A stretch of 64,000 bases of DNA, from assembly GCA_002269645.1 (NCBI GenBank), contig NIVC01000807.1, forward strand, positions 248,001 through 312,000. The letters run 5' to 3'. Below the pieces are notes generated by a model. That model searched no databases. It was not told the origin of the DNA and was given only the letters and a program-made list of their open reading frames with translations. This document shows positions 1 through 12,051 of the stretch, piece by piece; within the stretch, counting starts at the first letter, position 1, and each line of letters opens with the position of its first letter. The translations under genes and the position numbers were made by a program. Origin of the DNA: Macrostomum lignano (taxonomy: Eukaryota).

Positions 1-3000
1 TGAAAGAACATGTGCTTCCGACGGAAACCGGGTAGGCCTTCGTACCAGAGTGCGGCTAGCAACTGCTGGCAGTGCGGATGGGCCACGAACTGAGGGGTGC
101 AATTAAAAAAGCACTTGGATAATTCTTTCTGCTATGAAGTTTCATCCATACGCTCAACTGAGCTTGATTCCAACAAAGACTGCGTAAAGACCAGAGACAG
201 AAACGGGACGGAACGGGACGGAACGGGACGGAACGGGACGGAACGGGACGGAACGGGACGGAACGGGACGGAACGGGACGGAACGGGACGGAACGGGACG
301 GAACGGGACGGAACGGGACGGAACGGGACGGAACGGGACGGAACGGGACGGAACGGGACGGAACGGGACGGAACGGGACGGAACGGGACGGAACGGGACG
401 GAACGGGACGGAACGGGACGGAACGGGACGGAACGGGACGGAACGGGACGGAACGGGACGGAACGGGACGGAACGGGACGGAACGGGACGGAACGGGACG
501 GAACGGGACGGAACGGGACGGAACGGGACGGAACGGGACGGAACGGGACGGAACGGGACGGAACGGGACGGAACGGGACGGAACGGGACGGAACGGGACG
601 GAACGGGACGGAACGGGACGGAACGGGACGGAACGGGACGGAACGGGACGGAACGGGACGGAACGGGACGGAACGGGACGGAACGGGACGGAACGGGACG
701 GAACGGGACGGAACGGGACGGAACGGGACGGAACGGGACGGAACGGGACGGAACGGGACGGAACGGGACGGAACGGGACGGAACGGGACGGAACGGGACG
801 GAACGGGACGGAACGGGACGGAACGGGACGGAACGGGACGGAACGGGACGGAACGGGACGGAACGGGACGGAACGGGACGGAACGGGACGGAACGGGACG
901 GAACGGGACGGAACGGGACGGAACGGGACGGAACGGGACGGAACGGGACGGAACGGGACGCGTCGAACTAACCTTCTTCTGCTTGTACTTGATGGCCATC
1001 TTGAGTCGGGCCAAGTTCATCCTCTCACCCTCCGTAAGGGTTTTGTCGTTGAGCTTTGCGTTGCCCTGTCCGGCGTCCTGGTTAAGCACGATGGCCAGCT
1101 CCTCGGAACTGCGAGTCTGCTCCAGCAGAGCCGTGGCAAACTTCTGACAATCGGCCGACAGGTTCTCGTACTCCTCGCGGAACTCGTGCTCGAGCCGGCC
1201 GAGTCGGTGCATCTCCCAGCTGAGCTCGAAGGCTGTCAGAATCGGATCCTTGCTAGACAGGGCAATCAGCGACGGGCTGGCCAGGGCTTTGTAGGCGTTG
1301 ATGCGCGATTTCGAGTGCTGCAGACTGTCCTCCTTGTGCGCCCTGACGCAGTCGACGCAAGCGCAGCGCAGTTCGTGCGGCTTGGGTACGCGGTCGCCGC
1401 GGTCCAGCAGCAGCTTGATGATCTCGTAGTTATCGATCTGGGCGGCCAGGATGATCGGCGTGACGTCCGGCGTGAAACTGCTGGACGGTGTTGTGCCGAG
1501 GAGGCCCTGCGGTCAGAGGAGCGGAGGCTGTTGGTGGTTTCATGGACAGGTCAACTGAAGTAAAAGACGCTAGGCTCGCAGATATTGTGAATTTTGCTGT
1601 AGGCCGATTTTCACGGTGAAATGCATCAACTTAATAATATAAAATAATAATTGATTATACCTGCCCTAATGGTCAGATGTGCAACCGACAGCTCAGCCGC
1701 AGCTATTGCGCGGCGCGGCGCATCTAAAGGCTGCGTACGGCTGTTCAGTCCAAGGACTGGGGGGGGGGGGGCGGCGTCGCCACACACACCATCAGTTACC
1801 CCAGCTAATGCTGGCACCCATTTTACAGCTGGGTGAACTGAAGCAATGCAGAGTTAAGTTCCGTGATCAAGGACACAAATTGCTCCTAGTGAGTCGAGAA
1901 TCGAACTCCCGACCTTTCAGTCGTGAGTCCGACGCTCCAACCACCAGGCTACAACCCCATATCTTGAGATAAGATGATTGAAGATTTTTAGCACTAAACA
2001 TATACAATATCTCTCCTTCTGGACTTCCGGATTACAAATGAAGTGCTTTTAAAAGGTTGCTTCACAGGTTTATCAGGCTTGCAATGCACATTCTTCATGA
2101 ACTGCTACCAGAGACGGGCAAACAAGCAAAGCTCCCGTGAACTTTCTGCTGTTCCTGTCTGTATGTATTTTGAGCGGCGCAACGCTCTTCAATCTTTACT
2201 TGATAAACTTGTGAGCGCAGCTCGGACAAAACACCTGCTGGCTGCATTTGCAATTCGGGAGTCCAGCAGGTGAGATATTGGGAATTCAGTGCTTAGAACC
2301 TGAAAACTTCCCAGCTCGCCAGTGCAGTTCGCAGTGAAAACCGGCAGCCTCCAGCGAAATCTGAACGCCTTCTAAGCGGAATGGAAAAGAAAAAAGAAAA
2401 TAAATAAAATTCTACAACGGAAAATATGAGTAGAGGAATTTGAGCAGTTAATTGATATTTGCAACCAGGCGTGACACTGCTTCCATGCCGATCAGCTTCA
2501 AACATAACAACTCGTGTGACTGAACCCTTTAACTGAATTCTTAAACACATAAAGCTAAGCAGGCTGAAGGAAAAGAGAAACGAATAGTTAAGAAAAAAGC
2601 AAAATTTACTAGCAAAGAAAACTTGGATCGCAAGCGACCGGCAATGCGCTCCCAATCTCTGATTTGCAAGTAGGCCATGGATGGAGCGGAGCTGCGGCAG
2701 TTATCCGACTGTAATTTTGCCGCAGTTAATTGGCAATGATTTCGTGCAACAATGACAATGATTTAATAATCCATTCGGAACCGCCCAGGTAAAACTTCTT
2801 ATGGAGCGATTGTCCCTTCATTCTGAAGTCTAAATGTTACTACGCGTTTGACTCTCGCGCCACGACCTGGGGTTCGATTCCGTGCGTAGCCACATTCATT
2901 TGGGGCTTGTCTGCACGAAATTTAGCCCGTTAGTTTGTGCAATTCACACCCGTGCAGGCCACTATATCTGATACACTGTGCCTGGTGCTCAAGGGTCAAC

Positions 3001-5217
3001 GGAACGATTAGAATCGTCTCACCACAGTTCAGGGGCGTAGCCAGAGGGGGGGCAAGGGGGGGCGTGGCCCCCCCCATAATCACCAACTCTGGCCTTGGCG
3101 CCCCCCTCCCCCTAAAAGAAACTGGCGCCCCCCCCCCCCTAAAAGAAACTGGCGCCCCCCCCCTAAAAGAAACTGGCGCCCCCCCTAAAATAAACTGGCG
3201 CCCCCTCCTAAAAGAAACTAGCGCCCCCTATAAGAAACTGGCGCCCCCCTAAAAGAAACTGGCGCCCCCTATAAGAAACTGGCGCCCCCTAAAAGAAACT
3301 GGCGCCCCCCCTCCTAAAAGAAACTGGCGCCCCCTATAAGAAACTGGCGCCCCCCTAAAAGAAACTGGCGCCCCCCCTAAAAGAAACTGGCGCCCCCCCT
3401 ATAAGAAGATGGCGCCCCCTAACTCACGGCCCCCAATCAAAATTCCTGGCTACGCCCCTGCCACAGTTTGCGAAACAATGTAACGATATATACCGATTTT
3501 TTTCGGCAGCAATTGCGTAAGCTGAAGCCGCGTAGCGGCTGAAGCTTAGTAGAGCAATTGCTGCCGAAAAAAATCGGTACATGTCATTATTGTACCCTTT
3601 TGACTTCCCCTGTCTATGGCCCAGACATGTATAGTGCGGATGCTGAGTATGAAATGCGATTGTTGCCGGAATGCGCTTTGAAAGGGTTGTAGAGATAATC
3701 AATCGTCTATGGCAAATTTAGTTGCTCTCTAAATGAAAGGGTTGTAGAGATAATTAATCGTTAATGGCAAATTTAAAGGACAGTGAAGACAGCTAGCCTG
3801 GCTGCCATGAGTTAATTCTCAAGTTGATTTTGAGCTTTAATTAATTCTCCTATTCGGAGTGCAAATAGGAAAACTAGCTATGATTCGCTACGCAAACATT
3901 CCTGGCGGAGAAATATGTGGACTCTCCACGGACGAGTTGGCTTTTGTCACCCGAGAGTCGAGCACGCGCTACGTTCTGGAGATGGACAACCTGGATGCGT
4001 CGTCCAGTTCCAACGGGCTGCCTGAGCTAGGTAGCGAAGATCTGGAAATGTTGGACCGACTTGAGAGTGACTCAGTGCCGAAATCGACCGAGACGCAACG
4101 GAAGCTTCACGTGGCAAGGTTCCGACAGTTCCTCAACGAGAAGGGGCTCTGCCAGGAGTTTGAGCGTGTTCCGGATCGATTTTTGAAAGATTATCTGAGG
4201 CTTTTCTGCGGTTTGTTCTTAAGAACTTTTTGTGACTATGAAACACTTTCGCCGTGTTGCTATTGTTGTTCCTTGTTTTGATAGCCAAATACATTCGTCT
4301 GAAATCCGGCAACAATCGAAAAAAGCCGACAAACAATTAAATTGTTACCGCAAGTATGAATGCCGGAAACCATAGACAAAAGGGAACAATGTTGCCGGGG
4401 TGCCCAAAGCCCTTTAGCTAATAAAATGCGAGCTCGTAATCATTCTTGAAGGGGTGTCATGGGGTCGCCAGAGTATGCTTTAGGGTACTTACTCGTATGT
4501 GGTGATAAATGAGCACTAAGCCAGATCAGCCATAGAAAGATTATTTTTCTGCATTCTCCCCCGTCAAATAATTACGTTTGAGCTTAAGTTCGATGCACAG
4601 GCTAAGCCGATACTCGTAAAGTAGAAATGCAGACAATAAAAAGCGTCAAAATCGGATGGTAAACTCACGGATAAGTCCTTCTTTTTCTGTCGCTCGGTTT
4701 GCGAGCTGAGCAGCATCTCCACAGCGATGATGTTCTCCTCTTGAATGGCGTGCAGCAGCGCGTCGCCGAGCTCCAAGTTGTACGCCAGTAGCACCTCCAG
4801 CAGCTCGATGTGCTCGTATTCGATGGCGACGTGGAGGGCTGAGCGGCCGAGCGAGTCACGGCAGTTGATGTTGATGCCTAGCGAGGAGGCGCTTTCGATG
4901 CTGCGCCGAACCGTGGCGAGGTCGCCGAGCTCCACTGCCTGCAGATAGCGCCGCTCGTTCATGTTGAGGTCGAAATCCTTGCGCAAGAGGCCGCCCGCGG
5001 CGCTCCCGGCAGCGCCAGAGCCGCCGTTTCCTCCTCCGCCGCCACCACCGCCTCCGCCCGCCTCCTCCAAATCGATTCCAAGCTGCTCGATGATCTGCGA
5101 TAGCTCCATTGTGCGGTCGAAAACGGTGGCGCCGCCGCCGGCCTCCGCATCGCCGGCGGCCTCCTCTGCATTGCCTCCGGACTGCTGACGCTTGTAGTCT
5201 CGCCACACTTTTTCCAT
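1..5217 (-). CDS. TRPC: TRPC-family (trp-gamma-like) cation channel, 5' exons: 5217-4669, 1506-973, 89-<1; gene continues beyond the left window edge
   Basis: Exon 1 encodes ankyrin repeats ([31 protein letters not shown]). Exon 2 encodes [27 protein letters not shown], the TRP_2 region ([20 protein letters not shown]) and [14 protein letters not shown]. Exon 3 begins [25 protein letters not shown]. All junctions are GT-AG and phase 0. Confidence 0.95.
202..960. repeat. Perfect 10-bp tandem array (GGAACGGGAC)n, about 76 copies, in a TRPC intron
   Basis: Consecutive sequence lines read identically. The array ends about 10 nt from the donor site at 972. Confidence 0.98.
1640..1958 (-). mobile_element. 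tRNA-derived SINE family A, copy 1 (CORE-like body)
   Basis: Reverse strand begins GGGGTTGTAGCCTGGTGGTTGGAGCG (box A) ... GAGTTCGATTCTC (box B), then GTGTCCTTG...TTCACCCAGCTGTAAAATGGG. Homologous to 23319-23600 and 34084-34367. Confidence 0.85.
2009..2363. mobile_element. Partial copy of the long-TIR MITE at 29861-30339
   Basis: Shares CTTGTGAGCGCAGCTCGGACAAAA...GGTGAGATATTGGGAATTCAG...CCTCCAGCG with the copy at about 30 kb. The left arm is truncated. Confidence 0.75.
3030..3460. mobile_element. hAT-type MITE with an internal minisatellite
   Basis: 15-bp perfect TIR CAGGGGCGTAGCCAG / CTGGCTACGCCCCTG. 8-bp TSD CCACAGTT at 3022-3029 and 3461-3468. Interior is tandem AAAGAAACTGGCGCCCCCCCT units. 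Confidence 0.9.
3979..4210 (+). pseudogene. Crypton/DUF3504-like (tyrosine-recombinase transposon-related) N-terminal fragment
   Basis: [45 protein letters not shown] resembles, from memory, the N-terminal helices of Crypton/KCTD1/ZMYM-type proteins. Similarity is lost after LRLF and no catalytic residues are visible. Confidence 0.45.
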
Positions 5218-5521
5218 GTCTGCCTTGCGGCTCGGGTCCGCTGCAAGTTGGCCTCGGGTAAAACACTACTCTAAAATACGGATTGAGGTGGACAATACAT
5301 GAGTGGCTCGCAGTTTGAAAATCAGAAATTTTAGAAATAAGTCTCTATTTGTTTAAGAGTGGTGGGTGTAAAAGCCTTAGAAAATTTCCGCGGCCTAAGC
5401 GGTATTTCAGACGATCGATATGTGGGACTCATGCGCTCTTAGCCACTAGCCCGGACTGTATTCAGTAATTGCAGTAGTCCAAGCATGCATGAATCAAAAG
5501 TATCCCCTAGTTCATTTGGGG

Positions 5522-5860
5522 GGGGGCTAAGCTCAGTGGTCTAGCGCGGCGCTTTGATGTGCCAGCGGCCCAGGCTCGATTCCAAGTGCAGTCACATTAA
5601 TTTGGGACTAAATTGGAATCTCGGCTTGGAATTGTTCATGCTACAATTAATGCTCTCAAGAGCTAACCCCCAAGGCACAGTGAAGTGTACATGCCTAACG
5701 ATAAATAAAGTTAGGGCCGCTGTACACTCCTGTGTGAATGTGTGCCTGTGCGTATGACTGCGTACGTATCCGCACGCTTGTGTGCCTGCTCAGGGGAGTC
5801 GGCGGAATGGGCAGTAATGCCTCTCGCCGGTTGTGTGACAATGTCGCTTAAAGTGCTCCA
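5522..5860 (+). mobile_element. tRNA-derived SINE family B, copy 1
   Basis: Head GGGGGGCTAAGCTCAGTGGTCTAGCGC...GGCTCGATTCC. The ~340-bp body matches the reverse complement of 23978-24318. Confidence 0.85.
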
Positions 5861-6033
5861 ATGTGAACACAGCCCCTGATTTTAATGAAGAATCCCCTAA
5901 TTCAAGATTTGATGCAAGAGGAAAATTATATTTCGATTTCAAGATATCTCAGGGAATCCTCCAAGTGCAAATAAGTTAAAAAAAAAGTGGATTAACGCGA
6001 TGGTATTAGTCAAACCTGCCAATAATGACTTAC

Positions 6034-6360
6034 CTATCGCTGTCAATTAGCAAAGCTTTGAAATTTCTTCATCTTGGGGCGAGTCGCAGCGGTGCCGATG
6101 AGCATTCCTGTTTTGCTGGCACAGGGCCTTTTCTCCCAGCTGGTCCAGAGCCCTCCCCAACTCCATCTGCATAACGATGGGCCCGCGCCCGAGGACTGTC
6201 TGCCGAACCCCGCCCAGAGCAGCAGAGGGCGATTGGATTGGCTGTGCCAGAATTCTGAGTTGCGCAGGTGCTGGGGGTGGATTAAGGGATTTTTGCTCCA
6301 CCCAGCATTCTGCCAGCAAAAGCCTACATTTTGCCTGCGCGGCTTCTTCCTTTGTCAATC
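6034..6360 (-). other. Candidate upstream (5'UTR) exon of the TRPC gene
   Basis: Consensus donor AG|GTAAGT at 6034/6033 on the minus strand could splice to the acceptor TTGCAG| at 5241/5240, 23 nt before the ATG. The 5' boundary is not defined. Confidence 0.35.
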
Positions 6361-9300
6361 CTTATCCAAACAATTTCCTTTTGTGTGGTCGCACGGTAAG
6401 AGCACAGCTTGAGAAAAATTGGTTGAACAAGGAAGCCGCTATCACCCTGTCCTGCGCTTGACTAAACAGGGCGAGCTGCTTCAATTGTTTTCTAGGAAAG
6501 GAAATCAATTTTTGATTTCGGTTAAGGTGACGTCTTCATTGTGTAAACTTATGCTTCGATTAAAAGTGATTACAAAATTCAACCAAAGCAAGTCGCATAT
6601 CAGTTTTGTGAAATTTGTCAAACTTGTGCGTGCAGGGAGTGCAGATTATTTTTTTCATTAAATCGCATTTAGCATGGGTGTGGTCTCCAAGTGAGCTAGC
6701 TGGCTGCAAACCTACAGTACATGTAAATGGCTGGATATCTGTAGAGCAGCCCTAGTACGGTCCCCGCCTTTGCTTAATATTTTCATACAGTCTAGTCTAT
6801 GACAATGAGTTTGGAAAAGATTTTAGCCGCTACCGAGCGTAATGAAAGTTTGCAAGCATCGAATTGCGGAGTCTGATGAAAGGCAGGGTGCCTCTTTGAT
6901 ATCCCTAAGAGCGTACAAGAACTTTTTTAGTTTTAGCGGGCTTGAACCAACCGCTACTCGCGTCTGATCCAGTGGTTTACAGAAGGTTTGCTCTCGAGAA
7001 ATTGAGTATTTTATAATAGATCATGGTGTGAGCCTTATATTGCCCGCTATTCTAAGCAGTTAGTCAAGTTGCGGGCTTTATTTTCGGCTCTCGGGCCCTA
7101 AAAAAATAGTGCCCGGAAAAGCGTGCTTTATCTTCTACTTCTCGCGCGGAATTTTCTCTACCGAATTCAATTGTCTATGGTGAAACCCCTTTCAGCACTG
7201 TGCGTTCGGTTTAGTCGAGTATACTATATCTAAACGTCTAGAGGCCAACCTGTCTGGGCCGATTTAGAGATTTAAAATCAGCTACCTGTCACTTTTGGTG
7301 CCGAGGAGTCTCTAAAAGTGATCTTTAAAATGAATATCTGCAGCTGGATATCTTGGTAGCTTTTCTACCTAGTTTTTGACAGTTTTTATGAATATTATTG
7401 TCAAGCTCTTATTTTTGGCTCCTATATAAATGCCTAAGATTTCGAATCTAAACTTGCCTTTTCCTTGTTCAATTCCTACTTTTAATTACAATATTTATGA
7501 CCGAAACTGGCAAGTTCCCTGGGATCTGAGAGGTCACCCAGTGGAAAGGTATTTAAGGTTTAGAGCTCAGCCAATCAGAATCGAGCGAGTCATCTCGGGC
7601 TTGTCCAATCAGAAAATTCGATGTTCGTTTTAAAAAATCGGCTTCTGGAAGTTACAATTAAGGTGGTGCCTCGGCCCCGGATTACCATGGACAAAAAGGG
7701 GCTAAACACAATTCCCACGGACCCGCTCGCGCCCATGCCCACGCCCGGCCTAACCACATCATCTAAGAGCAGCAGCAGTAACCCTGTCTAGTTGTCTCAG
7801 TCACTGGGGACTTCCTGGTCACAGGCAACTTGAAACTCTGATATGGTTTTTTGATAGAGAAGCCATCTTGAACTATCGGGTGCATCATTGTCCGAGCCAA
7901 TGCAGCTTATTTTTTCTTGTTGAGGCGAAAGTCGTAATGGACCGAAAGCGATGCATATCCCAGTCGCAATCAATCTATCAATCAGTCAGACTCCTAAATA
8001 ATTTTAATTATTAATGTGGCCCAGGCGGCGAATAGGCAGGAATGAATCATTAGAATAAGATCTAAGGATTCTCTTGATGGCTGTAGTTAGCTTCAGGAGT
8101 GTACATGAGAAATACATGGAAAAAATTATCGTCGGGCCAATTGGACCCCAAATATTTGTTTGATGTTCACTAACGTGAGATGATGACCGGCCAATATGGA
8201 GGCAGATTTTCCAACGGCCCTCAAACTTCTTTGATCTGGAAATCAACTTTTGATACGGAAGAAATTTGAGATCAACTATAAACTTATGATTCCAGAAACA
8301 TTAAAGTGTTGCTTAACTCGATCGGACTTTTCCAAATTAGACGTTTCCAAATTTTTTGTTATTCTGTTTAAACGTTTTTAATTGCAGTCAGAACTAACTC
8401 AAATTCAGAGATTCGTGTTATTTTTATTTAATTAGCGTAATCGTAATGTAACTTGTCTAAAAAAATAAATCAGCAGAATAATAAGAAGCAGTGGTAAAGA
8501 AAATGTTCTAAGTCACAAGCTGACCTAAAGCATCAATATCAAGTCGCCAATTATTTCTATCATTACTATCATCGTATATTAACAATAAAACCAATTAGGC
8601 CTAAGAAAAAGTTGAAATTATGTAAAGTGAAACTCAGATTTGGAATAATTCCGAACAAACATAGTAATTAGTGCAACGCGTTTTGGTCTGCTTTGACCAT
8701 TTTCAAGCAGTTTATTAGCTGATTGTCATTAATAGTCATAACCATATTTTTGTGTCACACATTCACTTGACTGTGGGATAGGCCTAATGATAGTCTTGAC
8801 TTAGTGTTATTTTGCTTGAGTTAATTTTGAATTATAATAGGCCTAGCAATAACAATAACATTTTTTTGTGCTGAAAAATGAAAGCTCGCTATGTCCGTTA
8901 TAGTACAAGCTATATTCTTTGGAAAGACCTGCCTCAAATTTTTCCAAGAAACAAGGTTTCCACTTCAACTTAAACAACAAATAATTTCAATGGTACATGC
9001 ATATTGTAGTTAAGTGGTTGGGGACTAATGTTAAAATCAATGCTTTCACTTTTAAGAAGAGCTTTAAGTCCTTAGAATTAGAAACTTAGGGATAGGGTTA
9101 GGCCTTATTAGAATAAGTAGACAAAAGGCTGCTAGCTATTGCAATTTTGGAATTTTCCAATGTTGCATTGCAGCTAGAATCAAGGCAGGTAGTGTTATTG
9201 TGCAGTACAGTTTTGGGTAAATGGCAAGAGTAACTATGACTATCTTATTTAGGCTAAATGCTTCATTATCAAATCTAATTAGTATTATGCTTATATTTAG

Positions 9301-10214
9301 CATAAAAGCTAGTTCATGTTCTTTGTTACGTCGCATTTTTAGCTACAATTTTACTTTTTAGATCCTATGTTGTGTGTCCATAGGTTTTCTACACTTATTC
9401 TAGGGAAGATGGGTTAGGATGGTTATGGCTAAATTTAAGATAAATGTTTTCACTTTTGATGTGAGAAAAAAAGCTCTTAAGGCCCTAGAATTTGGGATTT
9501 AACTCTTGACTTAAGCAACAAAGTCAAAGACAAAAATTTTGACATGAGATGCAAAATTGCATTGGGGTTAGACTAGAAGGGACTAGGTATAGCTTCTAGG
9601 GTTAGGAGAAAAGGCTAAAGTTTATTTCTATAGTTTTCACTTTCAATATTTAAGGGCCATGGCATAGGCCTAGTCAGAAAAAAGGCATAATGTCAAAAAT
9701 TTCTATGGTACACTTAAGACACTTGGTATACATATTGGTATACAAAAGTGATTTTGGGCTTTTGGTTGTTTATTATTTTGGTATATTTATATATTATATA
9801 GGGCCTACCAAAAATTTTAAAGTTACATTATGATTATGAATAATAGTCACAATAGGGATCTATACATATATAATCATAACATTTAATAGCTAATTAACCC
9901 AAAACTGAATTCTGTTTTTACAAAGTAAAGGTTTAAGTATTTAACAAAAATATACAAATTTTACTTTTATATATATAATTACAAGCTGTTGAAACCCGCG
10001 GATTTTGAACCCGGGGAACTCCATTCCCCGGAATGATTTTTGCATGTACTCTAAAATCTGAGGTAAAACTCAAACAAAAACTTGTTCCCTTGTTAATAGT
10101 TAGGATAGAGTTAAACATAAAATAGTGTATATTCATATAATTAGGATTTGAGGCAAACATTGATATTGTTGGCTGGGGTGCTGCGCAGAATGTCAGGCAA
10201 ACTCTGGCCTCTAC

Positions 10215-11645
10215 GTACCTCTGCCTCTCCCTATGTCCTTTGCATCCTTTGAAACTTCCATCTTCTTTTCTGTTTCCTATCTTCTCTCTCGTCTTCTCTC
10301 TCTCCCCTCTTATCTCTTCTTTCTTCTCTCCTCTCTCGTCTCCTCTCTCGTCTCTTCCCTCTCCCCTCTATTCTTTTCTCTCTCTTCTCCTCTCTTTGCT
10401 CTGGTCTCTGGTCTCTCATATCTCCTTTCTCCTGTTTTATATTTTCTCATTTCTCTCTGCTCTCTACTCTCTCTCCCTCTGCTCTCTGCTCTCTCTTCCC
10501 TCACCTCTCTTCTCACTCCTTACTTAACTCCCTCTCTTAACACTTTCCTTATCTCTACTCTCTCCTTTTTCCTCTCTTCTCTCAACTCTTTCCTCTCCTC
10601 TCTCGTCCATTTCACCAATTTCCCCTGTCCTCTCGATTCTCTCCCTTCCCCTCCTCTCTCCTCACTCACTTCTCATCTCTCCCGTCTCCACCTCTCATCC
10701 CTTATTTCTTATCTCTCCTCTTTTCTCTCTACTCTCCCATCTCTCGTCTGTTCACTCTCGTTTCTGCTCTCTCATCTCCCCTCTCTTATCTGTCATCTTT
10801 ACTCTCATATGTTCTCTCACCTCTCTCCCCTTGTACTCCTCTCTTTCCCCTTTTTGACTCAGGAGGACTCGATCCTTTCTTCTTTCTTCTCGTCTCTTCT
10901 CTTCTCTCTTCTATACTCTCTCCCTCTCTTGTCTTCTCTCTTCTCTCTCACTCTCCTCTCTCCTCTCTTATATTGTCTGTTTACTCTCATCTTTGCTCTC
11001 TCATTCCCCTCTCTCTTCTGTCATCTCTACTCTCCTCTCTACTGTGTACTATTCTCTTCCCCTCTTCTGACTCCTCTCTTTCCTTACTCCTCTCTTCTCT
11101 TCCCTCTTTTATACTCTCTCCCCTCTATTCTCTTTTCTTGTCTCTCCGCACTCTGCTCTCTCTTCCTTCATCTCTAATCTCTACTCTACTCTCTCATATT
11201 TTCTTTCATCTCACTCATCTCTACAATCTCATCTCTTTCCTCTCTCCTCCTCTTCCCTTTACTCTATCATCTCTCCTTTGTCCTCTCTTCTTTCTCAACT
11301 CTCTCTCTCTCATCTCTATCTTCTCTCTTCTCACTCGTCTCTCCCCCTCTTATCTCCTCTCCTATATCCTTTCTAATCCCCCCTCTCGATACTCTCATCT
11401 CACTCTTCTCTACTCTCCTCTTTCATCGATCCTCTGTCTCATCTCTCCCCTCTTCTCTCTCCATCTTCTCACCTTTACTATTTCCTCTCCCTTCTCTCTC
11501 CCCTCCTCTCGCTTCTTCATCCCATATTCTCTGCTCTCTCCTCAACCTCCTCGCATGTCTCTCCTGTTATCTTCTATCTTTTCTTTTATCCCCTCTCGCC
11601 CCTCCTCCCTTTCAAATAGTCTATTCCTTTTCCTTTTCACTCTCA
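10215..11645. repeat. About 1.4-kb low-complexity polypyrimidine (CT-rich) tract
   Basis: The plus strand is almost entirely C/T with degenerate CTCT/TCTC motifs. Overlapping Ser/Leu-rich ORFs are compositional artefacts. Confidence 0.95.
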
Positions 11646-12051
11646 TCTGGCCCGTAGCCATGAGCTGGATTCTTTATCTGGCCTTTGAGATAAAAATCTG
11701 CCGATCCCTGCTTCGAAAGCCAGGTTGTGGGACATAGTACTATCATGGTTGTTATCATTTCCCATGCTTTAATCACGTCATCTTTCTGGTCAATTAGCAG
11801 CGCTGAGAGAAATTTGTATATCTCCAGCTCCACCACCACAGTCTGCAGCAGTCTAACAACCATGGAAATATGCATTTCTTAGGAGGCCATTTAAATTTTA
11901 AAGTACCTTATGCGAATCTTAATGTTAAAATTTTTATGGTGCAACTAATTTAGTAGGATTGCATTGTAATAAGTTATTCATTAATTTTTCGATATTTTTA
12001 TAAACCATCCCACATCGCCTTGATTTGCCATCCTTGTTTAACTGCTGCAGA

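Noticed and set aside
97-1563. Long ORFs 97-1563 (+) and the repeat part of 154-1212 (-)
   Set aside because: They are read-throughs of the 10-bp array and the antisense of TRPC exon 2. The real exon ends at the donor at 973/972.
1880-1958. tRNA gene calls for the SINE heads (also 5522, 23319, 24250-24318, 34084)
   Set aside because: Acceptor stems are not intact, and each head continues into a shared non-tRNA body, as expected for SINEs.
4205-4340. Possible inverted continuation of the Crypton-like ORF on the minus strand
   Set aside because: The similarity is weak, needs frameshifts and has no definable breakpoints.
10231-11737. Ser/Leu-rich and Arg/Glu-rich ORFs
   Set aside because: Artefacts of the CT-rich tract, which contains few stop codons.
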